From: an uncultured Clostridia bacterium | GTDB taxonomy: Bacteria; Bacillota; Clostridia; TANB77; CAG-508 | Assembly (NCBI GenBank): GCA_944392385.1 | Contig: CALXWL010000001.1 | Location: 4,910 to 68,909 of the forward strand | Direction: 5' to 3' | Length of the DNA stretch: 64,000 bases | Shown here: one piece after another, positions 1 to 9,675 of the stretch | Position numbering within the stretch: the stretch's first letter is position 1 | How the letters are laid out: the number at the start of each line of letters is the position of its first letter | Translations under genes and position numbers: made by a program | Notes under the pieces: model-generated | What the model saw: only the letters and a program-made list of their open reading frames with translations | Databases searched by the model: none | What the model was told of the DNA's origin: nothing

Positions 1-672
1 AAAAGTCATTGATAATAGATACATAAAACTTGATAGTAAAGCACAAAAACAGTATGAAGAATTTGAAAAAGAAATGTTCTTGCAAATTAATGAAGATGAA
101 ATAGACGTTACATCTGCAGCTGCACTTTCAAATAAGCTCTTACAGTTTTGTAATGGAGCAATCTACAAAGAAGACAGAAAAGAATATGTCGAAGTTCATA
201 ATTGTAAGATTGAAGCATTATTAGAGTTAATAGAAGAAGCACATCGGACAACCGCTGTTAATATTTTATAATTTCAAACATGACTTAGAAAGAATCTTAA
301 AAGCTGTAAAAAAATTACAGCTGAGAGTAGGAATACTAAAAGACAGTAACGATATAGCGAAATGGAACAACAAAGAATTAGATATCTTGTTAGCACATCC
401 GGCTTCGGCAGCATATGGACTAAACCTGCAAGAAGGACGGAAATCATATAGTCTGGTTTGGCTTAAATTGGAGTTTAGAACTATATAGTCAAGCAAATGC
501 AAGATTATACAGACAAGGTCAAAAAAACACAGTATTTATACATAATTTAGTTGTGGATAATTGTAGAGATATAGACGTGATTGATGCAATAGAAAATAAA
601 AATAATAATCAAAATGCACTTTTAGAGAGTTTAAAGGCTAGAATTAAGAAAATAAAAGAAGGAGGAACATAA
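1..672 (+). CDS. Phage SNF2/DEAD-like helicase, C-terminal part (5' truncated by window); needs +1 shifts at CGG 245-247 and 438-440
   Basis: The joined translation reads ..LIEEAH|GQPLLIFYNFKHDLERI..LLAHPASAAYGLNLQEG|GNHIVWFGLNWSLELYSQANARLYRQGQKNTVFIHNLV.., a typical SNF2 helicase C-terminal motif set. It occupies three consecutive frames, each stepping +1 at a CGG. Confidence 0.75.
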
Positions 673-675
673 GAT

Positions 676-1128
676 ATGTCAAAGAAAAAAAGAATTTTAA
701 CAGACGAAGAAAAAAACAAAATAACAAAGGCAAAACAAGAATTAAACGAGTATAGAGAAAATATAAAGTACATAGAGGAAAAATTAGACGATACAGAAGA
801 AACAAAGGCAAAACTTGAAAAAGTAACAGCGGTGTGGTCACATGCAAAAACAAATAGTTCAAATGTTAGCTCAGACAAATTCGCAGATATGATAAGTAGG
901 TTAGAGGATTTAAAAATTGATATTACTGAAAAAATGCAAGAGCTATTATTTAAGAAATTTGTAATAGACGACAAAATAGAGACTATAGAGCAACCATATA
1001 GAAACATATTATTTTACAGATATACTAGGGGCAAAAGCTGGAATGAGGTGGCTAATGACTTAGGATATACAGTAAGAAATGCATTGATTCTACATGGAGA
1101 AGCATTATATTTATATTCAAAAATTTAA
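676..1128 (+). CDS. Phage late-gene regulator-like protein (coiled-coil N-terminus, sigma-70 region 4 / ArpU-RinA-like HTH C-terminus)
   Basis: The C-terminus QPYRNILFYRYTRGKSWNEVANDLGYTVRNALILHGEAL looks like a sigma region 4 HTH. It sits immediately upstream of the terminase genes. Confidence 0.45.
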   Translation: MSKKKRILTDEEKNKITKAKQELNEYRENIKYIEEKLDDTEETKAKLEKVTAVWSHAKTNSSNVSSDKFADMISRLEDLKIDITEKMQELLFKKFVIDDKIETIEQPYRNILFYRYTRGKSWNEVANDLGYTVRNALILHGEALYLYSKI

Positions 1129-1139
1129 AGTTTTCACTA

Positions 1140-1182
1140 AATTTCATTGAATTTCATATTTTAAATATGGTATATATATAAT
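1140..1182 (+). promoter_or_regulatory. Candidate phage late promoter: two AATTTCAT direct repeats 10 bp apart plus TATAAT
   Basis: AATTTCAT occurs at 1140-1147 and 1150-1157, and TATAAT at 1177-1182, with no good -35. It lies between the late regulator gene and the packaging genes. Confidence 0.2.
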
Positions 1183-1212
1183 GTGAATTCTATATAAACT
1201 TGGTGCAAAAAA

Positions 1213-1242
1213 GAGCCTCAACCTACAGTTGGGTTCTTTTTT
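1213..1242 (+). terminator. Hairpin plus T-run after the regulator gene
   Basis: GAGCC(T)CAAC-ctaca-GTTGGGTTC is followed by TTTTTT. The stem has one bulge. Confidence 0.4.
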
Positions 1243-1264
1243 CTTATGAGGAGAAGTGAGAAAA

Positions 1265-1399
1265 ATGAAGAAATGGACTAAACAAAGTGCAGAGGAATAT
1301 GTTGAAAAAATAAAGAAAAACAAGACAAAAATGGGATTGACATATTGGAGTGCAATAGATTATCTGAAACATCACAGAACTATGCATTCGATAATTTAG
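1265..1399 (+). CDS. Small phage ORF, 44 aa, hypothetical
   Basis: ATG is preceded by GGAGAAGTGAG. Product MKKWTKQSAEEYVEKIKKNK... It is below the ORF-track size cutoff. Confidence 0.3.
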   Translation: MKKWTKQSAEEYVEKIKKNKTKMGLTYWSAIDYLKHHRTMHSII

Positions 1400-1409
1400 G
1401 AGTGAAGGA

Positions 1410-1568
1410 ATGATAGGAATATTATTATTAGGTTGGATATTAACATGGTTTGGACTAGATAATTTAATTATAGAGGGAATAAATCAAATATTTAATAAAA
1501 ACTACACAACAGCAGTTTATTGGCTGTTATTTTTTATTATAGGTTTAATCATAGAGATTAAAAAGTAG
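1410..1568 (+). CDS. Small membrane protein, 52 aa, hypothetical
   Basis: MIGILLLGWILTWFG...YWLLFFIIGLIIEIKK has two hydrophobic segments. RBS AGGAGTGAAGGA. Confidence 0.3.
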   Translation: MIGILLLGWILTWFGLDNLIIEGINQIFNKNYTTAVYWLLFFIIGLIIEIKK

Positions 1569-1748
1569 ATGGAGGAACATACAATGCTTTGTCCTTATAT
1601 TCGAGAAAAAGAAACCGTGGTAAGAATACCAAAAATTGATGAAGAAACAACATTTATTACAAGTGAAGTTACAGAAGTAAGATACAAAATGATGGAATGC
1701 CAGAAAGAGAAGTGTGCTGCTTGGCAAAATGGAAATTGTAATTATTAG
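1569..1748 (+). CDS. Small Cys-rich protein, 59 aa, hypothetical
   Basis: MEEHTMLCPYIREKE...MECQKEKCAAWQNGNCNY starts directly after the previous stop codon. Confidence 0.3.
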   Translation: MEEHTMLCPYIREKETVVRIPKIDEETTFITSEVTEVRYKMMECQKEKCAAWQNGNCNY

Positions 1749-1766
1749 AAAGAGAGGTAATCTTAT

Positions 1767-2318
1767 ATGACAGATGCACAGAAAAGATTTTGTGACGAAT
1801 ACTTGATAGACCTTAATGCAACAAGAGCATATAAGGTTGCTTATTCAAGATGCAAAAAAGATGAAACAGCAAATGTAAATGGAAGTAAATTACTAAGAAA
1901 TACTAAGGTTCAAGAGTACATTTCCAAAAAACAAAAAGAAATAGAGAAAAGGACAGAAATTACACAAGATATGATAATAAAAGAGTTATCTGCTATCGCA
2001 TTCTCAAAGGCTAGTGATTATGCAAAAGTAAAGAAAACAAAGAAAAGGGTACCGGTATTTAATGAAGAAGGAGATGTAATTAATTATAAGTCGAAGGAAT
2101 GCATAGAAGTAGAACTTACACCTACAGACGATTTAAGTGATGAGCAAAAGAGGGCATTATCAGGAATAAAAGAAGGAAAATATGGAATACAAGTAGATTC
2201 TTGTGATAAAGTAAAGGCTTTAGAACTGCTAGGAAAGCATTTAGGAATGTTCAATGATGTAAATCTTAATATGAAAAATACAATGCAGGTTGAACTAGTA
2301 GATGATGTACATGACTAA
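1767..2318 (+). CDS. terS: Terminase small subunit
   Basis: The N-terminus MTDAQKRFCDEYLIDLNATRAYKVAYSRCKKDETANVNGSKLLRNTKVQEYI is typical of the Terminase_2 family. It precedes terL. Confidence 0.85.
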   Translation: MTDAQKRFCDEYLIDLNATRAYKVAYSRCKKDETANVNGSKLLRNTKVQEYISKKQKEIEKRTEITQDMIIKELSAIAFSKASDYAKVKKTKKRVPVFNEEGDVINYKSKECIEVELTPTDDLSDEQKRALSGIKEGKYGIQVDSCDKVKALELLGKHLGMFNDVNLNMKNTMQVELVDDVHD

Positions 2319-3630
2319 AGAAAGAATTAGTTTGCAAGAGCAAATAGGGAAAGGCTATGCAACATTTTGGAATTTTAAAGGTGATGAAATTGTTTTAATG
2401 GGTTCTAAAAGTAGCAAAAAATCTAAAACTGCAGCACAAAGATGGATAAAATTATTAAAACAATATCCAAGAGCTTGTTTGTTAGCAACAAGAGATACAG
2501 AAAAAACAATCCGTGATAGTGTATTTGCAGATATGAAATGGGCAGCTAAAAAGTTAAGGTTATATGATGAATGGGATTTTATAAAAAGTCCATTAGAAGC
2601 AACTAATAAATTAACAGGGCAAAAAATATTTTTTAGAGGTTTAGACGATTGGCAAAAAATAGCTTCGATAACAATAGACGATCCAAATCTAGTATTAAGT
2701 TGGGTATGGTTTGAAGAAGCTTTTGAAATAGAAAAGAAAGATACTTATGATAAGGTTAGAATGTCAATTAGGGGTAAAATGCCAGAAGGATATTTCAACC
2801 AGTCATTAGCTACATTAAATCCTTGGTCAGACCAGCATTTTATAGTTAAAAAAATAACGAGTAAATTAACGCCAGACGAGAAGATTCTTGAAGAAAAAGG
2901 AAAACAAGAATTAATTACAGAAGATGAACAAGAATTTATCTACAATGGTAAAAAAGTAAAAGAAAAAGTAAGTCAGTTATTAATGATAACAAATTACAAA
3001 CTAAACGAGTTTTTAGATATAAAAGACTATGCAAGGTTTGAACAAAAAAAGAAGGAAGACTATGAAGATTATAAAACATCAGGTTTAGGTATGCCTGGTA
3101 TAAGTAAAGGGCTTATATTTAGAAACTGGCGTATTGAAGATACAGAAAAATATAAAAATACATTTGAATTGGTCAGAAGAGGTTTAGATTTTGGATATAG
3201 TTCAGACCCTTCTGCTTTTTTACAATTTAATGTAAATTTAAAGGCAAAGCAAATAGTAGTATTTGATGAATTTGGAGCAACAGAATTAACAAATGAGATG
3301 TTAGCAAATGAATTAAAGAAAAGAATAGAACCATATGCATTAATAAAAGCAGATGCAGCAGAACCGAAAAGTATTGCAGAACTGAATAATTTAGGTATAA
3401 ACGCAATACCTGCTCAGAAAGGACCTGATAGCGTGCTACATGGAATTAAATGGCTAAAAGGATTTGAAATTATAGTAGACCCTAAATGTAAAGGATTAAT
3501 AGAAGAATTAGGTTTATATAGATGGAAAGTTGATAAATTAGATAATCCATTAAATATTCCAGAAGATAAAAACAATCATTATATAGATGCACTAAGATAT
3601 GGAAGCGATGATTTATATCTAAGAAATTAG
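2302..3630 (+). CDS. terL: Terminase large subunit (PBSX-like)
   Basis: 442 aa. It overlaps the terS end. The C-terminal nuclease region ...NNHYIDALRYGSDD is typical of this family. Confidence 0.85.
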   Translation: MMYMTKERISLQEQIGKGYATFWNFKGDEIVLMGSKSSKKSKTAAQRWIKLLKQYPRACLLATRDTEKTIRDSVFADMKWAAKKLRLYDEWDFIKSPLEATNKLTGQKIFFRGLDDWQKIASITIDDPNLVLSWVWFEEAFEIEKKDTYDKVRMSIRGKMPEGYFNQSLATLNPWSDQHFIVKKITSKLTPDEKILEEKGKQELITEDEQEFIYNGKKVKEKVSQLLMITNYKLNEFLDIKDYARFEQKKKEDYEDYKTSGLGMPGISKGLIFRNWRIEDTEKYKNTFELVRRGLDFGYSSDPSAFLQFNVNLKAKQIVVFDEFGATELTNEMLANELKKRIEPYALIKADAAEPKSIAELNNLGINAIPAQKGPDSVLHGIKWLKGFEIIVDPKCKGLIEELGLYRWKVDKLDNPLNIPEDKNNHYIDALRYGSDDLYLRN

Positions 3631-3639
3631 GAGGATAAA

Positions 3640-5184
3640 ATGGCGATTGAAAGTAGACTAATTAAAGAACTTATAAGTGAGTTTAATATGTCAGACATAA
3701 AAAAGAAAATGCTAGATGGAGAAAGATATTTTAGAGGCCAAAATGATATATTAAAAAAAGACCTAAAAACATATACTGTATTTGACCAAAAAACAGGAAA
3801 TAAAAAGCAAATAGTAAATGAAAATAAAGCAGATGAACATTTGCCACATGGATTTTATTGGAAACAAGTAAATCAGAAAAAATCATATATATGTGGAAAG
3901 CCAATAACTATTACTTACAATCTTCCAACAAATGGGGATAAAGATGAAAAAACTAAAAGTGCAGAAAAGAAAATAACTAATATGGTGTGGAATACGTTAG
4001 GATTTAACTTTGAGAAGCTTATAAAAAATAGAGTTAAGGAAGCAAGCAACAAAGGTAGGGCGTGGTTACATCCTAATTATAGAAACGGAAAACTAGTATT
4101 TGAAAAGTATCCAACAGAGGAATGTATTCCAGTATATGACAATGAAACCCAAACATATTTGATTGGTTTTATACATTTTTATACAGTACAAGATTTAACA
4201 GGAGATAAGCCAGAGGATAGAATATATGTAGAATATTGGGATGAAAAAGAAGTAAGGTATTATATTGAAACCAAAGTAAATGATACAACAATCTTCTTAG
4301 AAGATGTAACAAGAGAGAGACCAATGTGCCATTGGTATAGAGAAATATATGATAATGCTCTAAATAACCTAAAAAGAATAGAGAGACATAGTTGGGGAAA
4401 AGTTCCATTTATTGAAATAGAAAACAATGAAGAAAAGATGACAGATTTAGAACCAATAAAGCCTCTAATAGATGCATATGATTTAATCAACAGCAATTAT
4501 GTAAATACAGTAGAAGATTTGAAAGAAATAATATGGTTAATCAATGGATATGGAGCAGAAAATTTATTAGCATTGATAGAAAACCTTAAAATAAATGGTG
4601 TGGCTAGAACTAATGATACAGCAGGAAAAATAGACGCCAAATTGTTAGATATTCCTTATGAGGCAAGACAAGCGTTGTTGAAAGGCTTAAAAGAACTCAT
4701 ATATGAATTTGGTAGAGCTGTTGATACAAGCAATAAAGATTTAATAGGGCAAGCTCCGAGTGGAGTATCATTAGAGTTCTTATATACAGATCTTGATATG
4801 AAAGCTGATGATATGATAGGCGGACTTACAAGCGCCTTGTATGAGGTTTTGTGGTATGTTCTGCAAGATTTAAAAATGCAAGGAAAAATACCACAAGAAA
4901 TAAATGAATTTGATTTTAAAGTTGAATTTAATAAGTCAAGAATATTTAACGAAGTAGAGAAAGTTAATACAATAAATAATGATTCTACATTGAGCCTAAG
5001 AAGAAAGCTAGAAATACATCCTTATTGCGACGATGTAGATATAGAATTACAAAGAATTAAAGAAGAAAAGCAAGAAAACATGAAAATGCAAAGTAGAATT
5101 TTCAATAATTCTGGTGGATTTGAAGAAGGCAATGAAGACGATAAAAATAATAAAAAGAACGAAGGAAACACCAATAAAGAATAG
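3640..5184 (+). CDS. Portal protein (SPP1 gp6-like)
   Basis: 514 aa directly after terL, with an acidic/basic C-terminal tail and portal-typical size. Confidence 0.8.
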   Translation: MAIESRLIKELISEFNMSDIKKKMLDGERYFRGQNDILKKDLKTYTVFDQKTGNKKQIVNENKADEHLPHGFYWKQVNQKKSYICGKPITITYNLPTNGDKDEKTKSAEKKITNMVWNTLGFNFEKLIKNRVKEASNKGRAWLHPNYRNGKLVFEKYPTEECIPVYDNETQTYLIGFIHFYTVQDLTGDKPEDRIYVEYWDEKEVRYYIETKVNDTTIFLEDVTRERPMCHWYREIYDNALNNLKRIERHSWGKVPFIEIENNEEKMTDLEPIKPLIDAYDLINSNYVNTVEDLKEIIWLINGYGAENLLALIENLKINGVARTNDTAGKIDAKLLDIPYEARQALLKGLKELIYEFGRAVDTSNKDLIGQAPSGVSLEFLYTDLDMKADDMIGGLTSALYEVLWYVLQDLKMQGKIPQEINEFDFKVEFNKSRIFNEVEKVNTINNDSTLSLRRKLEIHPYCDDVDIELQRIKEEKQENMKMQSRIFNNSGGFEEGNEDDKNNKKNEGNTNKE

Positions 5185-5198
5185 AGGTGTTATTTTTT

Positions 5199-6695
5199 AT
5201 GGCAAGAAAACCAATTGATTACTGGGAAAGACGTTCTACAGAATTAATGCAGAGACTAGAAAAAGGTACAGAAAATACAATAAATGCATTAATAAAAGCT
5301 TATGAACAAGCTACTAAAGATATAAATAAAGAAATAACTAAAATATTTAATAACTATGCAAAAGATACAGGATTAAGTAAAAAAACTTTATTACAGCTAT
5401 TAAGTAAGAAAGAAACAGAACAGTATTATAATAATTTATTAGAAGTAATAAACAATAATATAACAGATGAAAATATAAAAAAGAAATTATTAGCTAAATA
5501 TAATGCACCAGCATATGCATACAGAATTAGCAGATACGAAGCATTACAACAGAATATAGATGTCAAACTAAAAAAGCTAGCTGATATAGAACAACAAATA
5601 ACAGAAATAAGATATACAGACACTATAAAAGAGGGCTATTATCATAATATTTTTGATATTCAAAAAGGTACTGGTTTAGGCTTTAGCTTTGCACAAATAG
5701 ATAATAGAACAATAAATCTATTATTGAATGAAAATTGGATAGATAATGCGAACTTTTCACAAAGAATATGGAATAATTCAGAAAAACTTGGAGAATATTT
5801 AAAAACACAATTAACGGCCGATTCTATGTCAGGAAAATCAATTCACAAAATAGCACAAGAATTGTCTGAATATATGAATGTAGGTTTATATAATGCAACA
5901 AGACTTGTAAGAACAGAAGTAAATCACTTTGCAAATGAAGCGGAGATGATTAGTTATCAGGAACTAGACATAGAAAAATATAGATTTATAGCAACTCTTG
6001 ATAACGTTACATGTGAGCATTGTGCTGAATTAGATAATAGAATATTTAATGTAAAAGATAGAAAACCTGGGAGGAATTGTCCGCCAATACATTCAAATGA
6101 TAGATGTACAACAGTAGCAGAGTTTGAAGATGATGTATTAGATGGATTACAAAGAAGAGCTAGAGATGAACATGGAAAGCCTATATTAGTACCACAGGAT
6201 ATGAATTATAAAGAATGGAAAGCAAAATATATAGACATTACACAACAAGAAAAAGATGCAATTAGAGAATATTCTGGACCAACAGCTTATAGTTTAAATG
6301 AAAAATTAAGAAACAATATAAAATTAAATAAAAGTGAATCAAAATTAGTACAAAACATAGATAATGGATTGAATAAATTGCCAAACTATAATAAAGTTAC
6401 ATATAGACAAATAGGATTTGATATTCAAGGAGAAGAGATGTATAATAAGTTTATAAATGAACATAAGAATAATAAATATATAAATTATGGACAATACATT
6501 TCTTCTTCAAAGCACTATGGAGATTATGAGGTAAAGGACAATTTGAAAGTAGAAATAACAATACAAGGAAAAACAGGGAAAGACATCAGATTGTTAGCAG
6601 GAATAAAAGAAGAAAATGAAGTATTATTGGGACGAGATGTGTGGTTTAAAATAGTGAAAATTAATGATAATAAAATATGGTTAAAAGAGGTATAA
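5199..6695 (+). CDS. Minor head / head-morphogenesis protein (SPP1 gp7, Phage_Mu_F-like) fused to a C-terminal ADP-ribosyltransferase-like domain
   Basis: The Mu_F core reads NVTCEHCAELDNRIFNV..CPPIHSNDRCTT. The C-terminal 150 aa carry an R-S-E pattern: TYRQIG, YISSSK, EENEVLLGR. Confidence 0.7.
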   Translation: MARKPIDYWERRSTELMQRLEKGTENTINALIKAYEQATKDINKEITKIFNNYAKDTGLSKKTLLQLLSKKETEQYYNNLLEVINNNITDENIKKKLLAKYNAPAYAYRISRYEALQQNIDVKLKKLADIEQQITEIRYTDTIKEGYYHNIFDIQKGTGLGFSFAQIDNRTINLLLNENWIDNANFSQRIWNNSEKLGEYLKTQLTADSMSGKSIHKIAQELSEYMNVGLYNATRLVRTEVNHFANEAEMISYQELDIEKYRFIATLDNVTCEHCAELDNRIFNVKDRKPGRNCPPIHSNDRCTTVAEFEDDVLDGLQRRARDEHGKPILVPQDMNYKEWKAKYIDITQQEKDAIREYSGPTAYSLNEKLRNNIKLNKSESKLVQNIDNGLNKLPNYNKVTYRQIGFDIQGEEMYNKFINEHKNNKYINYGQYISSSKHYGDYEVKDNLKVEITIQGKTGKDIRLLAGIKEENEVLLGRDVWFKIVKINDNKIWLKEV

Positions 6696-6696
6696 T

Positions 6697-6888
6697 ATGA
6701 GTTTAGAGGATTTAAAACATGAAGTATTAAAACCAGTATATTGTATGTGCAATGAGTGTAAAAAATTAAACTTCAATGATGGAATTTGTAAAGTTTATAA
6801 AACAATTCCACCAAAGAACATATTAGGAGGTAATCCTTTTAAAGAGAAAAATAATAAAGAAATTTGCGAATATTTTGAACAAAAATAA
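6697..6888 (+). CDS. Small Cys-rich phage protein, hypothetical
   Basis: 63-aa ORF tightly coupled to the upstream gene, with CMCNECKK...C...C. Confidence 0.4.
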   Translation: MSLEDLKHEVLKPVYCMCNECKKLNFNDGICKVYKTIPPKNILGGNPFKEKNNKEICEYFEQK

Positions 6889-6916
6889 GTTATTAATATT
6901 TTAAAATTATAAATAA

Positions 6917-6942
6917 AAGACGTAGAAATACGTCTTGTTTTT
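6917..6942 (+). terminator. Rho-independent terminator
   Basis: AAGACGTA-gaaa-TACGTCTT followed by GTTTTT. Confidence 0.6.
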
Positions 6943-7064
6943 ATGTCCTAGGTATGACACTAAACTGTCTATTTTTAATACTCATTTGCTTGTGAGAATA
7001 AAGAAAGAGCAACTTTTCGCACTGGTAGCACCAGAATAAAAAAGCTAGAAAGGTAGGAACAATT

Positions 7065-7661
7065 ATGGAATGGTTAAAGAAAATATTAAATGATGCAGGA
7101 ATAGAAAATGTGGATGATTTAGAAAGTAAAATTTCTAAAGAGTTACCAAAATATTTTAAACCTGCTAAAGAATTTAATGAAGTTAGCGAAAAATTAAAAA
7201 ATGCTAATACAGAAATTGAAACATTGAAAACATCACAAAAAAATATTCAAACAGAATATGAAAATTTTAAAAAAGGCGCTATAAGTCAAACAGACTATGA
7301 AGCAAAGCAAAAAGAAATAGAAAAGAATGCAAAAGATGAAATAGAGAAAGTGAAACTTGATAGCAAAATTGATTTCGCAATTGTAAATGCAAAAGCTAAA
7401 AACGTCAAATCAGTTAAGGCAAATCTTAATTTAGATAACATAAAACTAGACGGAGACAAACTTTTAGGATTTGACGACCAAATAGAAGCATTAAAGAAAA
7501 GTGATGCATATCTATTTGAAATTGATAATGCCATAAATAATGGTGTTGAAAATAATGGAGGAAATCCAAGAAAAAATGAAGGCAATGGATTATCTGATGA
7601 CGATTTAGACAAGTTGTCAGATGAAGAATACTTCGCCCTTCAAGAAAAGAATAATAAATAA
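7065..7661 (+). CDS. Scaffolding protein (phage GP20-like)
   Basis: Coiled-coil, charged 198-aa protein directly upstream of the capsid gene. N-terminus MEWLKKILNDAGIENVDDLE. Confidence 0.7.
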   Translation: MEWLKKILNDAGIENVDDLESKISKELPKYFKPAKEFNEVSEKLKNANTEIETLKTSQKNIQTEYENFKKGAISQTDYEAKQKEIEKNAKDEIEKVKLDSKIDFAIVNAKAKNVKSVKANLNLDNIKLDGDKLLGFDDQIEALKKSDAYLFEIDNAINNGVENNGGNPRKNEGNGLSDDDLDKLSDEEYFALQEKNNK

Positions 7662-7678
7662 GAAAGGAAGATTAAATT

Positions 7679-8797
7679 ATGGGAAACAAATTATTAACCT
7701 GCCAAAGAATAGCAAGAGAAGCATTACCAATGCTAGTAAATAACTTAGTAGTACCTGAGTTATTCCACACTGATTATAGTAAGGACTTTGTAAAAGAAGG
7801 AGATACAATTCAAGTTGAAAAACCAGCTCAATTTGAAGCAAAAGATTTTAAAGATACTGTAACAATTCAAGAAATTAATCAAAAGAGTGTTCCAGTAGTT
7901 ATGGATCATATTGCTGATGTATCAGTAGAAATTACATCTAAGGAATTAACTTTAGATAGAGTAGCGTTCAATGAAAAAATATTAAATCCTATGATGGAAG
8001 CTATTGCTGAAAAAATCAATAAAGAAGGTCTTGAAATGTATAAATATGTTTATAAAACATTAGGTACATCAGGACAAACTCCAGATTCTATTGATATTAT
8101 AGCAAATGCTAGAGGATTGTTAAATAAAGCTAAAGCTCCAATGAAAAATAGATACGCTGTATGGGATCCAGATGCTGATGTAAAATTTTCTACGATAGAT
8201 GCTATTTTAAATGCAGAAAAAAGTGGAAGCACAGAAGCATTAAGGGAAGGTTCAATTGGTAGAATCCAAGGATTAGAAAACTTTATGTCTCAACAAGTTG
8301 CTGTACATAAAGCAGGAACATTTACAGCAGTTGCAACACCAAAAGTAAATGCAAAAGCGGTTGTGGGAAGTGAAACTATTGCAATTAAAGGAGGAACAGC
8401 AAGTGAAACTTTAGTTGCAGGAGATATATTTAAAGTTGGCAATAATCAATATGTTGTTACAGAAGATGCGACAGCAGAAACTGGTGTAATTACTGCGAAA
8501 GTTTATCCAGCAGTTGTTGAAGAAATAGCAGCTGATGCAAACGTTACTTTTATAGATAAAACATCAGGAGGACACGTTGCTAACCTAGTATTTAATAAGT
8601 TGGCATTTGCGTTTGTATCAAGAGCATTAGCATTACCTGTTGATGGTAGAGATTCTTATGTGATTTCTTATAAAGGATTAAACTTAAGAGTTGTTTATGG
8701 ATATGATATGAATACAAAGAAAAATATGTTATCTATTGATACTATTTATGGTTTTGCACCATTATATCCATCACTAGCAGCGACAGTTCTTGGATAA
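7679..8797 (+). CDS. Major capsid protein (P22 coat-like fold family)
   Basis: 372 aa following the scaffold gene. N-terminus ..QRIAREALPMLVNNLVVPELFHTDYSKDF is typical of this capsid family. Confidence 0.8.
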   Translation: MGNKLLTCQRIAREALPMLVNNLVVPELFHTDYSKDFVKEGDTIQVEKPAQFEAKDFKDTVTIQEINQKSVPVVMDHIADVSVEITSKELTLDRVAFNEKILNPMMEAIAEKINKEGLEMYKYVYKTLGTSGQTPDSIDIIANARGLLNKAKAPMKNRYAVWDPDADVKFSTIDAILNAEKSGSTEALREGSIGRIQGLENFMSQQVAVHKAGTFTAVATPKVNAKAVVGSETIAIKGGTASETLVAGDIFKVGNNQYVVTEDATAETGVITAKVYPAVVEEIAADANVTFIDKTSGGHVANLVFNKLAFAFVSRALALPVDGRDSYVISYKGLNLRVVYGYDMNTKKNMLSIDTIYGFAPLYPSLAATVLG

Positions 8798-8800
8798 TAA

Positions 8801-8820
8801 AAGGCAGAGAAATCTGCCTT
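8801..8820 (+). terminator. Hairpin after the capsid gene (possible attenuating terminator)
   Basis: AAGGCAGA-gaaa-TCTGCCTT with no clear T-run. Confidence 0.3.
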
Positions 8821-8846
8821 AATCTAATTATTAGGAGGTTAAATCG

Positions 8847-8966
8847 ATGAAATGTCCTAAATGCGGTAAAGAATTTTCAGAACCAGTACTTGAATTGCAT
8901 GTTCAAAGATGCAAAGGTAATGAAAAAACAGACCAAAAGAAAGAAAATAAGACTCCTAAGAAATAG
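8847..8966 (+). CDS. Small zinc-ribbon-like protein, 39 aa
   Basis: MKCPKCGKEF...HVQRCKG with RBS AGGAGG upstream. Confidence 0.35.
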   Translation: MKCPKCGKEFSEPVLELHVQRCKGNEKTDQKKENKTPKK

Positions 8967-8975
8967 GAGGTAGTA

Positions 8976-9326
8976 ATGGATTTATTAAATAAAGTAAAAG
9001 AAAGGCTTGGTATAACAGACACAAGTCAAGATAAGCAAATACAAGGCTATATTGATGATATTACTGATAAAATTAAATCTATTTGCAACAGAATAGATTT
9101 TCCTAAAGAACTTGAATATCTAGTTATTAGATATGCAATGAATTGTACTGTATTTTACAAAAATGGATATGGCGAAGGAAAGCAAGTTGTTTCCTCAATG
9201 ACAGATGTTAATCAATCTGTATCATTTAAAGATGTAGGGGCTGTTACAGCAGATGATGTAAATATGGATAAATACATAGAGAAAAACAAAGACGAAATAT
9301 CTATGTATGCATATATGAGGTGGTAA
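8976..9326 (+). CDS. Head-tail connector protein (gp6-like)
   Basis: Assigned from position and size. N-terminus MDLLNKVKERLGITDTSQDKQIQGYIDD resembles Phage_connect_1 proteins. Confidence 0.5.
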   Translation: MDLLNKVKERLGITDTSQDKQIQGYIDDITDKIKSICNRIDFPKELEYLVIRYAMNCTVFYKNGYGEGKQVVSSMTDVNQSVSFKDVGAVTADDVNMDKYIEKNKDEISMYAYMRW

Positions 9327-9327
9327 T

Positions 9328-9675
9328 ATGCAAATACCAGAAATATTTAAACAAGCAATATCTGATACCTTTTATGATAAAGATATGGAAATATGGACAT
9401 TTGGAACTATAAAAGATGACGAAGGTGCAGTAATAGGAAATGGTAAGCTAGAAGAAATAGACAGTTTTAAAGGAAATTTTCAATTTTCTACTAGAGAATA
9501 TATTCAACAAGAGTATGGAAAAGAAATAGAAGCAAATGCAATAGTTACTTGCGATAAGACAGTAGCAGAAATAGGTAATATACTTGTTTATGACGATAAA
9601 GAATATACAATTAAAAGCTTAGTACCATCTGATAGCCATATTACTATTTTAGTAGAAGGTGATAGCAATGGCTAA
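9328..9675 (+). CDS. Head-closure / head-tail joining protein, putative
   Basis: 115 aa, translationally coupled within the connector module. Assigned by synteny only. Confidence 0.4.
   Translation: MQIPEIFKQAISDTFYDKDMEIWTFGTIKDDEGAVIGNGKLEEIDSFKGNFQFSTREYIQQEYGKEIEANAIVTCDKTVAEIGNILVYDDKEYTIKSLVPSDSHITILVEGDSNG

Noticed and set aside
609-1007. Numerous antisense or overlapping ORFs in the six-frame track (e.g. 609-1007, 22978-23364, 23638-24123, 26855-27682, 38063-39214, 54420-54971 and 57264-57893 on the minus strand; 33412-33609 on the plus strand)
   Set aside because: They lie inside or opposite homology-supported genes. They are Leu/Phe/Ser/Ile-rich low-complexity translations typical of AT-rich antisense strands, and they lack an RBS.
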